A DNA stretch of 61,737 nucleotides, counting the filler, from Choristocarpus tenellus KU-1152 (taxonomy: Eukaryota > Protista > Phaeophyceae), in assembly GCA_964200185.2 (NCBI GenBank). It is 11 parts of 11 records of this genome, joined end to end, with 100 filler letters (N's around TTAATTAATTAA, not from the genome) between each part and the next. Parts side by side here need not be neighbours in the genome. Positions count along the whole stretch, not along the records: positions 46,992 to 50,583 come from CAXNAD020019070.1; positions 50,684 to 58,407 come from CAXNAD020005682.1; positions 58,508 to 61,737 come from CAXNAD020021390.1; 8 more parts are not named here. One strand, given 5' to 3'. Within the stretch, counting starts at the first letter, position 1, and each line of letters starts with the position of its first letter. The notes beneath the pieces are model-generated. The model searched no databases. It saw nothing but the letters and a program-made list of their open reading frames with translations, and was not told the DNA's origin. The translations under genes and the position numbers were made by a program. Below, piece after piece: positions 49,406-61,737 of this stretch.

Positions 49406-50583
49406 TGTTAAAGAAGATGATGCTCCCAAGACTTGTGTAAATAAATGTGTTGATTAATTCCTTGTTGGGTTGGACAGTTTGTAGATTAAGTAAGGACGGA
49501 GAGAGAGGAGTGAGCCTTCAAGGCCAAAGGGGGGGAGGGTTCTTGTCAAAGAAGCTGATGTTCCCAAGACTTGTGTATGTAGATGACTCGATTGATTCCG
49601 TATTGGGTTGAACAGGTTGTAGATGAAGTAAGGAAGGAAGGTGAAAGGAGGAGTAAGGTTTCAAGCCCAAGGGGGGGGTGGTCCTTGCCACCAAATCAAT
49701 CCTATTCTATGCATCAATAATCAATAATCAAAGATTACTTGGTACAATGTTTCCTATTCCTGAACTCTTCGATATTATAGTCCTTAAACCCAAACATATA
49801 TTCTATTCTTCAAAACGCAAGCATGGTGTCTTCCATCCTAAGATTTTTTCTTATAGAACTTCTTTTGCACATAAACAAAAGCATATTCTTGACACACTCC
49901 GCTGCTTTGAACTTCTAGTGGAAAAGTAGCACTTCAGTCACTCTTGAGCATATCTTCAACACAAAAATCAGTCCCACTTCATTCTATGCATGATAACACT
50001 GGAATGCCTATTGAATGATTCCTTGATCAAACCCTTTGTAAAAAGATCATCGTGTTGAAACTCCGTAGATAGTTATATCCGATTGCTATATTTCCTTCTC
50101 TCTCCAACTGGCGTACATAGTGATACTGAATATATCTATGTGTTTTGTTCGACCTCCAAATACTGCCTTCTGAGCAATCTTAAATGCACAATCATTATCC
50201 TCAAGCACTGGTACAGAGTAATCCTTACAACGTGGTTACACAACCATGTACACCTGCTTGAGGTACACAAACTATTTCCCCAACTCACACTGTGCAATAT
50301 ACTCAGCCTCAACAGTAGACAGTGTAATCGTTTTTTGCTTCCTAGGCCACCAGTTAACACATCCTCCTCCGAGCATCACAGCACGACCAGAAATAGACAA
50401 TCTACTCTCCTTGCAGTTTGTATAATCAGTATCTGTATAGCCAATTAGCTGGCCTCTTGGTCCATTCCCATACAATCCAAAATCTCCAAAGGTAATGCCA
50501 TGATCTCTAGTACCTAGTAGTGTTACAGGCGAATAGAGCGAGTATTTCTTCTTATATTTCAACGAAGTACAAACGTTTGTTAC
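49406..50583 (-). mobile_element. Ty1/Copia family 2, opposite orientation: RT/RNase H end, complete 3' LTR (49544-49894) and an extra LTR 3' part (49406-49543)
   Basis: LIGYTDTDYTNCKESRLSISGRAVMLGGGCVNWWPRKQKTITLSTVEAEYIA is Ty1 RNase HI-like. The LTR is the reverse complement of 47380-47713, preceded on the minus strand by a purine-rich tract. Confidence 0.9.
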
Positions 50584-50763
50584 NNNNNNNNNNNNNNNNN
50601 NNNNNNNNNNNNNNNNNNNNNNNNNNNTTAATTAATTAANNNNNNNNNNNNNNNNNNNNNNNNNNNNNNNNNNNNNNNNNNNNGCCCCTGCCCCCCTCCC
50701 CCTCCCTCTCCCCCTTCCCCTCCCGAAAACTCACTAAACATACACTGTTCCTCTTCAGCACAC

Positions 50764-53700
50764 CTCAACAAACATTGTGAGCACCCGTGCTACAAAGGGC
50801 AAGATGGCGTTTATGACGGAAATGAAGATAGCCGCAAAGAAGTTACTTCCTGTTGGTATCTGAGCCAGCGTGAAGAACCCTCCAGCAAGGAAACACATGG
50901 ACAGGAAAATGGACACCAAGATGGAACTCACCCTGAGGGTCGCACGTGATATTAAATGTTATTAAATGCGATAAAATGTGACTGGATGTTATTAAATGTG
51001 ATAAAATATGACTATATGTTATTGAATGTGCGATAAAATGTGACTATATGTTACTAAATGTGATAAAAACGTGATAAAAATGTAACTAAACGTGACCGAG
51101 TGCGACTGAGTGTGTTTAAATATCTACATTCCAATTCATCACAAAAATACAAACGTCAAAAACCGTTATTTTTATTCTCAACAATAAAAAAAAATCCAAG
51201 AAAAATGAAAAATGAAAAAAACACACGGTAAAAAAAAAAGTGCAGTTTCTCCTCTCAAAACACTTCCCACAACCTTCTAGATTGAACTGCAAGAGGGCTG
51301 GATTCAATATAGTGCACGATCTGTGCCTCTAGTCTGCCTTCACTCCCCCTCCAAACGCCTGCGTAATTTATGGTGTGTTATTCGATGCCGATCAACACTC
51401 ACCTCTGCCACCTTGACAAGTGAAGGTTTTCCCACTTAATCTCAGAGGGCTCCTCCGCCTCATTGATGAAAACAACCTTGGACATGGGTGGACGGACGGG
51501 TGGACGGGTAGAAGCAGGTACACTGACAGTAAACATAGCCAAAAATCGGTGGCCTACTGAAACTTGAGAACAAATCCGAGATTTCCGTCAAGTAGATATC
51601 GGGGAGGGGGGGGACCAGTGAATCGATACCTTATGATGATGTAAGACATATCACCAGTTCACACATACAACGATGATAGTACATACCCAATGCTTTGTAT
51701 CAACATTGGCTTCTTCTACAGTCCTACTCTCCCGTACCCTCCATCACGATCTGCATCTACTTCCCTGAATTGACAACATGATCCTCTCATAGTTAATCCC
51801 TTCATATTTCTGACAAAACCCTGGTTGCCATTAGCAATAGCCGTAAAGGTTCACATAAAAAAGGTACAGTATACTAAGAATCAGTCAATGAATGAAAAAC
51901 TACCAATGACCTCAACGTAGGACAGCCAAGTGGAAATGACAATTAACGGCCCCAAGAACATTCAATTGTTTTTTTTTTAATAAGAAAAGGTTAAGAGGCA
52001 CAACAGGAAGAAACGTGAGAGAGAGAGAAAGAGAGAAAGAGAAAGAGAGAAAGAGAGAGATAAAGATAAAGATAAAGATAAAGAGATAGAGATAGAGATA
52101 GAGATAGAGAGAACGAGAGAGAGAGAGAGAGAAAGAGAAAGAGAAAGAGAGAAGAGAACAAAGACCATGTGAAACATGAGTGCAGAAGACAGGATCAATA
52201 CATACGGACGAAGATACATTCAAAAATTACAACTCCTACTTTACCATTGCCAAAAGAAAGTACTACGACAGTTTGGCACCAGAGTAAGATTTCAATGAAC
52301 TAAATACATCCAGGTGTGAGATACACCAAAAAAGTATCAAAAAAGTACCAAAAAGTACCAAAAAGTACCAAAAAAGTACCAAGTATGCCTAAGGAACAAG
52401 CAAACACACAAATGAGTACATGAGAGTACAAACCACATCATAGTTGGGCCAAGTACACAACATTTTCAGTACACCTGAGCACCAAGTTCATTTTGGCTCT
52501 GAGTATTGACGAAGCAACAAGCACATCATAGCTGAACCAAGTAAACCAAAGAACCAAGTACTCCCAAAGTACAAATTGCATTCTAAAGTAGTTCATCTCT
52601 GTTGGCAATACAAGAGACAATCAAACCACAAAGACAAAGAACGGACTCTTTATATTACAAGCAAGTCAAGGTGAAAATATGAGGCAGCTGTGGTTAGGGT
52701 CATACAAAAAAGAAAAACTAAACCAAGCAACAGTACTACTGCTGCATATCATACCTTGTCTCCTATGGTACTGTCTTTGTGGGAATCTCTTTGGAACTGC
52801 TGGAAATGTTGTGCTAGGACACCTGGAAAAGAACACAACATTTATCATTATTATTATTGTAGTAATAATAGTAACAATAATGATAACAATAACAATAATA
52901 ATAATAATAACAACAATAACAATAACAGCAATAATAACAATAATAATATCAATAATAAGAACAATAAGAACAGAAAATAATTCATCTCTGGCATCACAAG
53001 TAAATTTAAAACGTCAAATTGACATCAAAATACTATTAACATAACCAAAGCTCACATCACAATCAGTACCAGTGGCACATGCCACAAGGAGAGAGAGAGA
53101 GAGGTTACCCACAAATGTAACAGCAAGCATTCAAATACTACAAAGTAAAACACACACACATATATACATATATATATATTTATTTATTTTTTAAGTCAAA
53201 GGCAACATAAAGGCAATCCTTGTCCTCTTCATCAATCCACAACATCCAAGTAAAAATATATATTTTTTATTTATTTATTTTTTACTGTAAAAAGGCGATC
53301 ACTACCAGTCGGGGGGGAGGGGGGGGGTCTACATGAAAAATACGATAGACGGGGCTAAGCAAGCACCATGGTACAATCAACTGCATCAACCACCAACCTG
53401 TCTCCACGGCCTTGAGGCAATCCCGCTGCGCTCCCTCGGTGTTGAAGGTGATGTACACCCTCTTCACCTTGTACACACGATTGGTAAGCCCATCTAGCAA
53501 GGATACTGTCTCCTTCAGCTGCTCCTCGAGGTAATCCTGCTCACAACATCGGGGTGCAATCACGGCGTACAATCAAATTCACGCAATCACGCCTTAGTGT
53601 ATAGCAAAACCCACTTTTTACCAGGAGGTTGATCACACACACACACACACACACACACAAAGAAGAAGAAGAAGAAACAGGTGTATTCACTCACTGTCAT

Positions 53701-56359
53701 TGCCGGACGCCACGCAACTCGTGAACTCCAGAAGAAAAATATAAGAAAAATATAAGAAAAAGATAACATAAAGAAAAAAAAGGTGATGTTGTCAGCAGAA
53801 GAGGCAAAAAAATAAATAAAAACAACACAAGTAACAATAAATGAGAATATTGAAAACCGAATCGACTTTTTACACGCAATGACAGTCATAATCACTACTA
53901 TATATATATATGATACCACCTGGCCACCCAGTACATTGTTCAAGTGATGGATAATAAAAAAATTCAATACTCTGAAGTATGGGTGGAGGTATCTACTGGC
54001 AGTACAGTACACTATGGAGATACAAAAAAAGCAACGTACTATGTTTTTTATTCCATGCAAAAAAATATATTTTTGTACAAACAACTAAAACCCGAGCTGT
54101 GAAAAAAGGGATCTAAAAAAATCACAACTCGAGATAATTTTTTTTCATACTGATTTATAAAACAAAAATAAAATGTAGATCAACAAAATCAAACGACAAC
54201 AAAAAAGTATCAACTGGGCTGTACATAAAGATAAGCATACATATATATATATATATATATACGTTATTATTCAATCAACTGTATGAACACCCACAGAAAA
54301 ATACTGAAATAAAACTGAAATACAACCCAAAAATAACACCTTCAATAAAAAAAAACATGTACATTTCAATTTCATCCTCCCAAAGAGGAAAGTTCACTCT
54401 GCGCCATTGCACGCACTACACCATACTCCACTCTACGGTACTTACAAGCTCTATCCCTAACCCAAGCCCTAACCCTAACTCAATCAACAAATTAAAAAAA
54501 GAAAACAATTCATGTCCCTACCCTCAACCTTCATGGCAGCTACTTGCTTTCATTCTTACACTTCATCTCAAGACACCATCACGCAAGTACTATTGCTAGG
54601 CAGAAGGAGTGAGTGCATCACATACCCTCTTTTCATATGCAGCCAAAGGGAATGAAACAGTACAGACAAAAGGGGGTACAGTACACCCTACTCAACAATA
54701 TCCCTCCCCACTGCTCAAAGAGTGCAGATCCAACCAACAAAAAAAAGATAATAATAATAATAATAATAATAATAATTTTACCAAAGAAAGTGAAATTAAT
54801 TTTTTCAACACATACAATGAAATTAACTGTAGCAAAAGAAGTGCAATTAATTTCAACAACAAAATAAAAAAAACGAAATTAATCTACTACAAAAAAAAAA
54901 GTGAAATTAATTTTAACAAAAGAAGAGAAATTGATTTTTTTGAACAAGAATCTAAAACACCTCAAAAAAACAAAAACAAAACATACGTAATGTACCGGAA
55001 CGATAATTCCAAAACAGAACGTTTAAACACGCAACCAGGTCTTAGGAAACCCACTGGAAGGAATCCCCAATCATGAAGTTCTTTGACACACACTCAACTC
55101 ATGCTATAAAATCACAAAAAAAGGATCAGGGTTAGGGTTAGGGCCTCAGGGAGCAAGGTTCCCACCAGAATCTGGTTGGCAGGAATTTGTGATTCATTCT
55201 TAAAACCAACGTACTGCTGATTTTTTTTTCCATATTTTCTTCCCTTGACCCAGTGAGCAGTGCTGTAGTGCCACGAGGGAGAGAACGAATCTTCCCCAGC
55301 CGCTCTAGAGCACAAAATCAGTTCACTACATAGTTATATACTAACGTATTTGATGTCTACCACATTAAAACAGTTCATTTTTGAGAATACAAGGGGGGGG
55401 ACAAATAGCACCTTGATACATAGCATCAAATATCGTCGCACACCTTCAATCTGAAATAATCACCTACATTAAAAGAATATTATTAATTTCATGATAGACA
55501 AAAATGTACACATATTTTGCTTAATTTACAAGAAAATTACGAGATAGTGAGAAAAATAAGAACAAGAATTAAGTTGGAGAAAAGTAATTACGTAATCCAC
55601 GCCTCGCAATCAAATTGTGAATTCTTCAAGTACTCCCCAAAACAAAACGCATTTTTAACAAAACACGAAAGAGTTGCAGAGACAAAAAAAAAGCAACAAC
55701 AAAATAAGAATAATAAGTAGAATGAGAATAAATGAGAACAATAATAAGAACAATAGTAAGAATAATAATAAATAGCAACAACAAAAAAATAACACTAACA
55801 GCGTCAAAAATAGATACAGCAATGATTATCATGTTAACAGTGATCTTTGTGATACCCTTGTCATCCATCATCCTACTCTTCACAGATATCCGCAAAACCA
55901 GAACACAGTCTGAGAGCAACAAACAAAACTTTCACCACCTCCTACAATACCCTACACCATCTTCAACACAAACCACGACTCAACTCAATACTCCTTTAGC
56001 CATACCCCACTACCCACCTACGCCTCTCTCTACTCCATACAACTCCTCCCCACTTCCAGCAGCACTCCAAACCATACAACACTATCATACCACCACGTAC
56101 TCAACCCTAACCCAAACTACAACAAAATAAATACTCTAAACAACAAGCAAGAGTATGAAGTACGACCATTGCATGCCCTCACACATCACACCACACCCAC
56201 CTGTGTATTGAAGAAGCCCAACGGTTGAATAAACGCCTGCCATGTAGGCAACTCGTCTTTTGATTTGTGCACCCAGTGCTCCTCAGTACTCCTATTCGAA
56301 TTTATCCGAGACTTCAATGCCTGCAGCTTATGTTCCAGAACTCGCTTTCGAGCAACCAT
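50764..56359 (-). CDS. OSCA/TMEM63 (CSC1)-like membrane channel, partial; exons 56359-56201, 53536-53398, 52822-52755, 51476-51403, 50932-50764
   Basis: KRVYITFNTEGAQRDCL (cytosolic RRM-like domain) and EAEEPSEIKWENL (APEPxDIxWxNL hallmark) are followed by TM segments ...FISVINAILPFVARVLTMFVE. All junctions are in phase, GT-AG. Confidence 0.82.
50948..51100. repeat. About 29-bp AT-rich intronic minisatellite
   Basis: ATGTTATTAAATGTGATAAAATGTGACTAT-like units. Confidence 0.8.
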
Positions 56360-56494
56360 CTGAATGCATGAATACATACATATGTATATATACATATTAT
56401 GTGCTTGTGTGAGACTATATGTGCATCCACATATATATATATATGTATATTAATATATCTAAACGCAGACACATATGTGTGCATCTGTTAATAA

Positions 56495-56527
<33 letters not shown>

Positions 56528-56849
56528 TCGAGTCTATAATAAATATAATAATTTTTATACACGTAGACACGTAATAAAAATATATTTTTAAAAAATAGAT
56601 CAAACTGAGCCACGTTCAACTCAAAAAAAAAAAAAATAAGAAACAGTGCAGTGCCTCGAATAGGACCTCTGGACTGAAAGGCGTAGGATACTTTTAGCGT
56701 TAGGGATTGATCACCCACAAATACATAAAATAGGCCACAACCCACACCCCAACTCTGTCGTCTGATTTGGTAAGAACAATGTAGTCTTTGGGGGGGGGAA
56801 GGGTGGGGTGGGGGGCAAAAGGGGATTCAGACTTCAGACAGGAGTCGAA

Positions 56850-57972
56850 AGAAAGCGATGACATCATCAGTGTTGATCACAGAACAGTTGTCAACCCCGA
56901 GGCGTAGAGTGACAACAAACATATCGAAGGGCTAGAAGGCATATTGGACATAGTTCCGGGCCAGGATGCGTACGGACTTATCCTGGAGATAGAGCACTAT
57001 CCCTCAGAAGTGATGCACATCACCATCGCCAGTCGTTTGGAAGCAGAGTAAGGAAGGGATGGCTTCTATCCTAGTCTACCCTGATGAGACTGCAAAGCCC
57101 AGAGAGAAATAAATATCCCCGTGAAGACGTGGCGCAGACAGAACCTCTACCCCCAGGTGATGTCGACCAATACAACCGATTGGTTAAGGCCCCACCACCA
57201 ATCAAAAGGGACACACACGGCGTGTCTGACAAACAACCACGGATTGCTCCGCCAATAACAACCAACAGCAACCTTTACGAGATCGAAAAAACCTCACCCT
57301 CTTGAAGACACAAGACACAAGACACAAGACACAAGACAGAAACAACGGAACGTTGAAGGAGTATCGGTCCTCAGCATCCCTCCCTACCAAGGGCCAAGCC
57401 AAGCACCCCCGGACCGGGCCGCCTCATCAATCTTCAACACACACACATGTCTTCGTCTTTCATTCCATTCCTCTTCCTCTCCTTCTCCTACTTCTGTGTG
57501 AAAGGTTCTGGGCGATCACGACCTACCCCCTTGCCGAACCAACAATCCACCAACGTCCAACACCATCCCCCCATCCCGTTCCACCTTACCCGAGTGAGTG
57601 CTCGGCGATTGGATACTCATCAATCAGACAACCCATTGCTGCACATTGCAGCAGGTCAAATTAATTGTTAGACACCTTACACCCCTCGATTGGATTGCTA
57701 GCTGGCCAACCCAGTCGGTAACGCAGGCCAACATCACCAACAAGTAAGTTAGTAAGTTAGTAAGTTAGTAAGTTAGTAAGTTAGTTCTCATCTACGAATG
57801 AGCATGACAGTGAAGATATCAGAAGATATCAGAAGATATCAGAAGATATCAGAGTGGACTAGAAATTGTCGATTCAGCTTGTTCAGAGCAACGGACGATG
57901 ATGCCGTAGTGTCCACCTGTACCCTTTCAGTGGAAGGGCGTCAAAACGCCTCATCGGTCGGGGAAAAAAAAA
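56850..57972 (+). mobile_element. Probable highly decayed Penelope-like retroelement fragment (RT C-terminal part, GIY-YIG remnant, A-rich end)
   Basis: DDIISV...AYGLILEIEHYPSEV..ITI (YxDD plus motif D-like), NKYPREDV (NxYP), RRLDTH...PIAAHC (GIY-YIG R..H-like), and a terminal hairpin followed by an A-run. Many stops. Confidence 0.4.
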
Positions 57973-60075
57973 CATGATAACCCTAACCCCTCAGGTTTTG
58001 CAAACCTCTTTGCCATCCCATTCCTCCAAAGTACTCAGACCCAGTCCCCCTTTTGCCTCCAAGAAAAGCACGTTAAGCAACACAATTAAATTAGAAAAAA
58101 AGGGTACATTTCACGAACAATGACCTCTGTTGAATATACTTGAAGATCAACAATTTCTGTACATATATATCTTTATATATATCTTTATATATTCTCTGGA
58201 GCAACACCATACTGAGCACCAACAAACACATCCTCCTCTTCCTTCCATATGTACTGCCCCTCACAGTAATCGCACTAACTCATTATCAACTCATTGTACA
58301 CCCTATGACCTAAAATGTAGACGTTTTTTTTTCTTTTTTTCTTTTTTTTTTTTTTTTGTGTTGGGGGTATGTGTTAGGGTTAGGGTTTATGTTTTTTTTC
58401 TTTTTATNNNNNNNNNNNNNNNNNNNNNNNNNNNNNNNNNNNNNNNNNNNNTTAATTAATTAANNNNNNNNNNNNNNNNNNNNNNNNNNNNNNNNNNNNN
58501 NNNNNNNCCCTCTTACAAATTTCACGTTCATCCATGCTCCTTCCTGCAGATGGCCCATCTCCCCGCGGAACGCACGATATCTCGTGCGTTCGTTTTTTTT
58601 TTTGCCACAAATGAAATAAAAAAAAGAGAGTTTTCCCCATGCAATACATTCTTAGGTCTCACCGTTCCGCACAGGCCATGCAATACACTTCCAACCTTGG
58701 CGTTGAATCCCTGCTTCTCTGCAGGAGTTGTGATTGCACCTGTTGGTTACCAGTTCTTCCATTGCAGCCTTCTCTCCTTGCTGGGGCAATGCAGCTTCCA
58801 CAGCCCTAGCTACAGCAAAGGCCACGTGCCCCCCTAGCTGTGACTTGAACCTCTCTTCTCTGCCAGTCTCTATTCAACGGCTGCTTCAATTCCTGGTGCT
58901 TTCTTCAATGAAGACAATGCCGTCCCTGATGACCCTAGCACTTTTTTTTTTAATGCCCCCCTCAGATCAGGCTGTTCGTGTAGATTACCTTGGGTTAGGG
59001 TTAGGGTTAGGGTCTGTGGCGAACGACTTACGTGGAAGATAGGGTTAGGGTTTGTTTTTAAAATGTGTTAACACGCTAGCGAAGTTTGTACTGCTGCTTC
59101 ACCAAGAAGATGATGATGATGATGATAATGATAATGATGTAGAATGTGTTTTATTATTTTTTTAAGTTTTACGGCGAAGAGGACTGGTTCCTAATCTCCA
59201 CGATTACCTCTTCATGCAATTCTGTAACTAGATCACCAACGGATATATTTCCTAGAAAGTTATTTCAACAATCACTATATTCCAGTGTCCCGATCCATCG
59301 CTGCTGTGCCGTTCTAGGTGCATTGTCTCACTACAAATGTGATTCCTACTTCATGTGTACTAATATAGCAACATTTAGTGTGTACAGTACTTGACAGCAT
59401 CTCCTTTATGCACACATAGGAAAACATGCAAATCACGAAGTTTTTTTTAATATATGATGCAACAGAGTTGGTGTATGTGGAATGAAAAGAGATACATATA
59501 TATATATATATATAGAGAGAGAGATAGAGATAGGAAAGGCAGGAATAAAGTTCGTCTCGAGAACTTACATATTAATAAAAAAAAAGATGATTTGGTCGAT
59601 ATATCCATGCGCACACTGTCTTTCCAAGTCCTTGCTGGTGGTCCTCTATTATTTTTAATAGTTTTGTTGGAAGAGTTGATTGCGACAGGGCTGGGGGAAC
59701 TTGATTGGGCGAACAGACAGGAAGTTCGATAAAAAGTAAATTAGAATTAGAATAGAATTGGAATTAGAATTGGACTAGACTTTCTGTGGGAAGTGTGTGT
59801 TTATTGGGTTTTTTTTAATCCCCCTATCTCTCTCAAGTCAGCAGTGTGACAGAAGGTGTTGTGTTTGTCTGAACTTGTAGGTGTTGAAGGTGTTGATGCA
59901 GAAGGATGTTTTTATTTGATTTGATTTGATTTGATTGTTGCTCTGAAATTTTGAATCTTGCAGCGAGAGTCAATGACATTTTTTTTTTGCAATTGTGTTG
60001 TGTATGTTAATGTTTTTTTTAATGTATAGATGTGTATGTGTATGTTCAAATGTTTTTTTTAATGTATAGATGTGC

Positions 60076-60111
<36 letters not shown>

Positions 60112-60732
60112 AAAGAGCTGTGTTTTCCAGGGTCATGTTTACGTATTTGACAAACTATGTATGCATTATGCACTATTGTGTATGTAATTTTAAGAATTGT
60201 TCTTGTACCCCTCAAAAATATGGGTGAAAGTTAAGTTTTTTTTTCTGAGTACCAAGTCAGAGCTATCCCCAAATTACAGTCCTTATTGTAGTGTAACTGG
60301 TTCATTAAATTGTATTTTTTCATGGTCTTCACTGCTGCTGGGGAGGGACCTCAATTGTTTCTGTTGGTGTTAGTGCATATTTTGTTTGTTAAAAGTAATC
60401 GGGCTTTCCATTGGAAGAGCAATATGGCGTTATTGTCATGCACCATCAACAGTCGTTTCTTCTGTGGTTACTTTAACCTACCGTCTGATCCGCACTTACA
60501 TCTTTTCAGAACACTATGTGAGTTCTTAATACTACTCCTGTAACAACAACAATAATAATGATCTACTTTCTTTTGAGTGTGGTCAACAGCGCACTCCAAT
60601 AGTTCTGTTCTGGTACTCCGGTGGTACTAGAGATGGTGGTGTGTGAGACCCTTGCAGACAACGTCGTACTGTATCCAACCCCCGGAAGTGTTTGTTGTTG
60701 TGTCTGTGTGTGGTTTTGCGTGTACCTGGCAG

Positions 60733-60846
60733 GCGGTGCTAGAGGAGGAGCAGCATCTGGTGGCCCGCCTGGTGCACCTGATGAACAATAAAGACACTGA
60801 TATCCTCTTCCGTATGCTGGTTGTCTCCAGGAGGCACTTTGGACAG
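60733..60846 (+). CDS. VPS35: Internal exon of retromer subunit VPS35
   Basis: AG|AVLEEEQHLVARLVHLMNNKDTDILFRMLVVSRRHFGQ|GT, 114 nt, phase 0. Matches the conserved VPS35 EEEQ.LVARLVHL...ARKHF.xGG region. Confidence 0.9.
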
Positions 60847-61440
60847 GTTAGGTGTATGTATGAGTAGTTGATGGGAGGGCTGTGTACTGGACCTTTCTTT
60901 GGTAGGTATGTTTTTTTAATGTGGGTGGTTGTTTGAGATGGCTCTTTTTCTGCAGTAATTTTTTAAATTGGTGTATAATTTCCAATACCCTATGGAAGGC
61001 CTCTCCATTTCGACCTGCACTAGGGTTAGGGTTGTGCTCTGTGGATTGCTGGCATTGACATGCCCAACAGGGCCTACTCTTGACAGCCCATTAATTACCA
61101 CACTGGTGTTCTGATTCGTCCTGTGTGAGATAGATACATCATAGATACATCATTTTAAGGAGTGTTTGTATCTTCTCAGTTGGTCGTACTAGTGTTGTTT
61201 ACATGCATTGTGTTGTACTGTGTTCAGAACCCTCTTAGTAGTCATGAATTGTGTCATGAGTTTGTGTGCTGTCGTTGAAGATTGGATTACATCTGTACCC
61301 ATACGCATGTACCCATATGCATCCCCTTCACAGCATACTGTAGCACTGTTGTCATAAACTATTTGTACTATTGGTACCATTTGTACTATTCATACCATAG
61401 TTAAGAACATCCCACAATGGTACTGTGTAAGAGACACTTT

Positions 61441-61642
61441 TTAAGGTGTGGTAATAGTGGTTAAGATATGGTAATAGTTGGTTGAGATGTGATGATTGTT
61501 GGTTGAGATGTGGTCATAGTGGTTAAGATGTGGTCATAGTTGTCAAGATATTGTAATAGTGGTTAAGATATGGTACTAGTGGTTAAGATATGGTACTAGT
61601 GGTTAAGATATGGTACTAGTGGTCAAGACATGGTACTAGTGG
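61441..61642. repeat. 20-bp minisatellite (GGTTAAGATATGGTACTAGT)n, about 10 units
   Basis: Directly visible 20-nt periodicity without unique spacers. Confidence 0.9.
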
Positions 61643-61737
61643 ACGCAACAATACCAAAATCCCTTTAAATCTTCTTTAAATCTTCTTTCCCCCCCCCCCC
61701 CCCCCCCCCCCCCCTCCTTCGTGTTTTTGTGGTGCCG

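Noticed and set aside
51912-55922. ORFs rich in SL, I, N or T repeats
   Set aside because: Intronic microsatellites, (GA)n and (AAT/AAC)n, of the OSCA-like gene.
57081-57110. CTGATGA...GAAA hammerhead core
   Set aside because: Stem II lacks the closing G-C pair and I could not form stems I and III.
5328-58507. Regularly recurring TTAATTAATTAA palindromes, and ORFs ending in XXX-LIN
   Set aside because: Artificial contig linkers; ORFs and gene neighbourhoods crossing them are artefacts.
61441-61642. 20-bp repeats as a CRISPR array
   Set aside because: Head-to-tail units with no unique spacers, no cas genes and a eukaryotic context: a minisatellite.

Overview
This is eukaryotic nuclear DNA, not one locus. 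Eleven unrelated contigs are joined by artificial 100-bp spacers (N44-TTAATTAATTAA-N44), so adjacency across spacers carries no biological meaning. Intron-rich genes, a Zn2Cys6 factor and pervasive short (TTAGGG/CCCTAA)n motifs suggest a photosynthetic stramenopile, probably a brown alga or relative (inference). Spliced genes reconstructed by hand with consistent exon phases: an 11-exon LRR+WW gene (+), a rhomboid protease (-), a Zn(II)2Cys6 transcription factor (+), an OSCA/TMEM63-like channel (-), single exons of VPS35 and a MaoC/hot-dog-fold protein, and a disrupted METTL21-like methyltransferase (-). Mobile DNA: two decayed Ty1/Copia families (one nested in itself), at least three MITE families sharing a GA(G/C)TCAAAGTATC terminus and mostly 3-bp TSDs, and a probable decayed Penelope-like element. 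Highlights: (1) a pseudogenised Rickettsiales-like ftsW fragment in a eukaryotic contig, a candidate endosymbiont-to-host DNA transfer; (2) three GC-AG introns clustered in the LRR-WW gene; (3) the shared-TIR MITE system; (4) telomere-repeat insertions scattered through introns and inside a MITE TIR. I found no convincing rRNA, tRNA, CRISPR array or wholly new multi-gene system. All family assignments come from motif recognition by eye, not database searches.
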